Positions 35,670 to 37,052 of a stretch of DNA of 37,052 nucleotides are shown here, one piece after another. Within the stretch, counting starts at the first letter, position 1. The number at the start of each line of letters is the position of its first letter. The translations under genes and the position numbers were made by a program. The DNA is from an uncultured delta proteobacterium (GTDB taxonomy: Bacteria > Desulfobacterota > Binatia > UBA9968): assembly GCA_963840855.1 (NCBI GenBank), contig CAWJBB010000090.1:1-37052 (forward strand), in the 5' to 3' direction. Under the pieces are notes generated by a model. The model had not been told where the DNA came from. It made no database searches and saw only the letters and a list, made by a program, of their open reading frames with translations.

Positions 35670-36140
35670 TTACTTAGTCAAACGCAGTCCAAACCATAGG
35701 GTGATTAAAGCAATGGGAACGATAAGCCAGTTCGTGCTCCTGAGCCGCCTCAGCACACCGTCAAGTTCTTGCTCAGTGACTGGATCGCCGCCTTCATGCC
35801 GTTTGACGAACCTGTGTCCGATGCCCATAGACTGATAGACGCTAAAAAGCACGACCAAGAAAGCAAGGGCAAGCTTGATGGCCAATTGGTAGCCTAGTTG
35901 TTGCACGAAGGTCTCACGGTAAGCTGCTTTGAGCTCGGTCAACTGGAACGCGCCGCTAAAGAGCAACACGCCGAGGGCGCCCACCTGGAGCGGATTGTAG
36001 CTTTAGGCCGCGGGCTAAGAACCGCGCTTTGTCTTCGTGATCCTGGAGGTCGCCACTGCCGGCAGCAGAACAAACCAGAACCCGAGCACCGCTCCAAGAT
36101 AGACGACCAGGGATAGGACGTGAAGCCAGGAGTTGAGCAT
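35670..36140 (-). CDS. CopD/DUF4149-like four-TM membrane protein with two compensating frameshifts (~36050, ~36000)
   Basis: MLNSWLHVLSLVVYLG... (WLH..GG-like CopD start), shifted segment LQDHEDKARFLARGLK, then YNPLQVGALGVLLFSG...LAIKLAL. Confidence 0.65.
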
Positions 36141-36152
36141 AGGAGCGAGAGA

Positions 36153-37052
<900 letters not shown>

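Overview
GC-rich bacterial chromosomal window. The gene set (MlaFEDC, class II NrdJ, GlrK/GlrR-like sigma54 system, many amidohydrolases, orphan ABC binding proteins, short intergenic palindromic repeats) suggests a deltaproteobacterium-like organism such as Ca. Binatia; this is inference only. The left ~22 kb is an accessory catabolic region. It holds a transposase remnant, two Gfo/Idh/MocA dehydrogenases, three solute-binding proteins with no permeases, three amidohydrolases, a small-protein/amidase pair, a racemase homolog lacking both catalytic Cys next to a PuuE-like hydrolase, an alpha/beta hydrolase, a non-canonical (CX8CX2C) radical SAM gene coupled to a methyltransferase, an LLM monooxygenase, a formyltransferase-fold protein, a gamma-CA and LhgO. 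The right ~15 kb is more housekeeping: mlaEFDC, an adenine-N6 methyltransferase, DciA, nrdJ with tandem NrdR boxes, an aspartic protease, a kinase-lipoprotein-sigma54 activator operon followed by a sigma54 promoter, a receiver protein and an OmpA lipoprotein, a CopD-like protein and a ferredoxin-zinc-ribbon fusion. About eight small indels interrupt otherwise intact genes and most likely are sequencing errors. The supplied 835-aa ORF is an artefact of these. Several families of short palindromic repeats or MITEs, one nested, fill intergenic spaces. No rRNA, tRNA or CRISPR array was seen.
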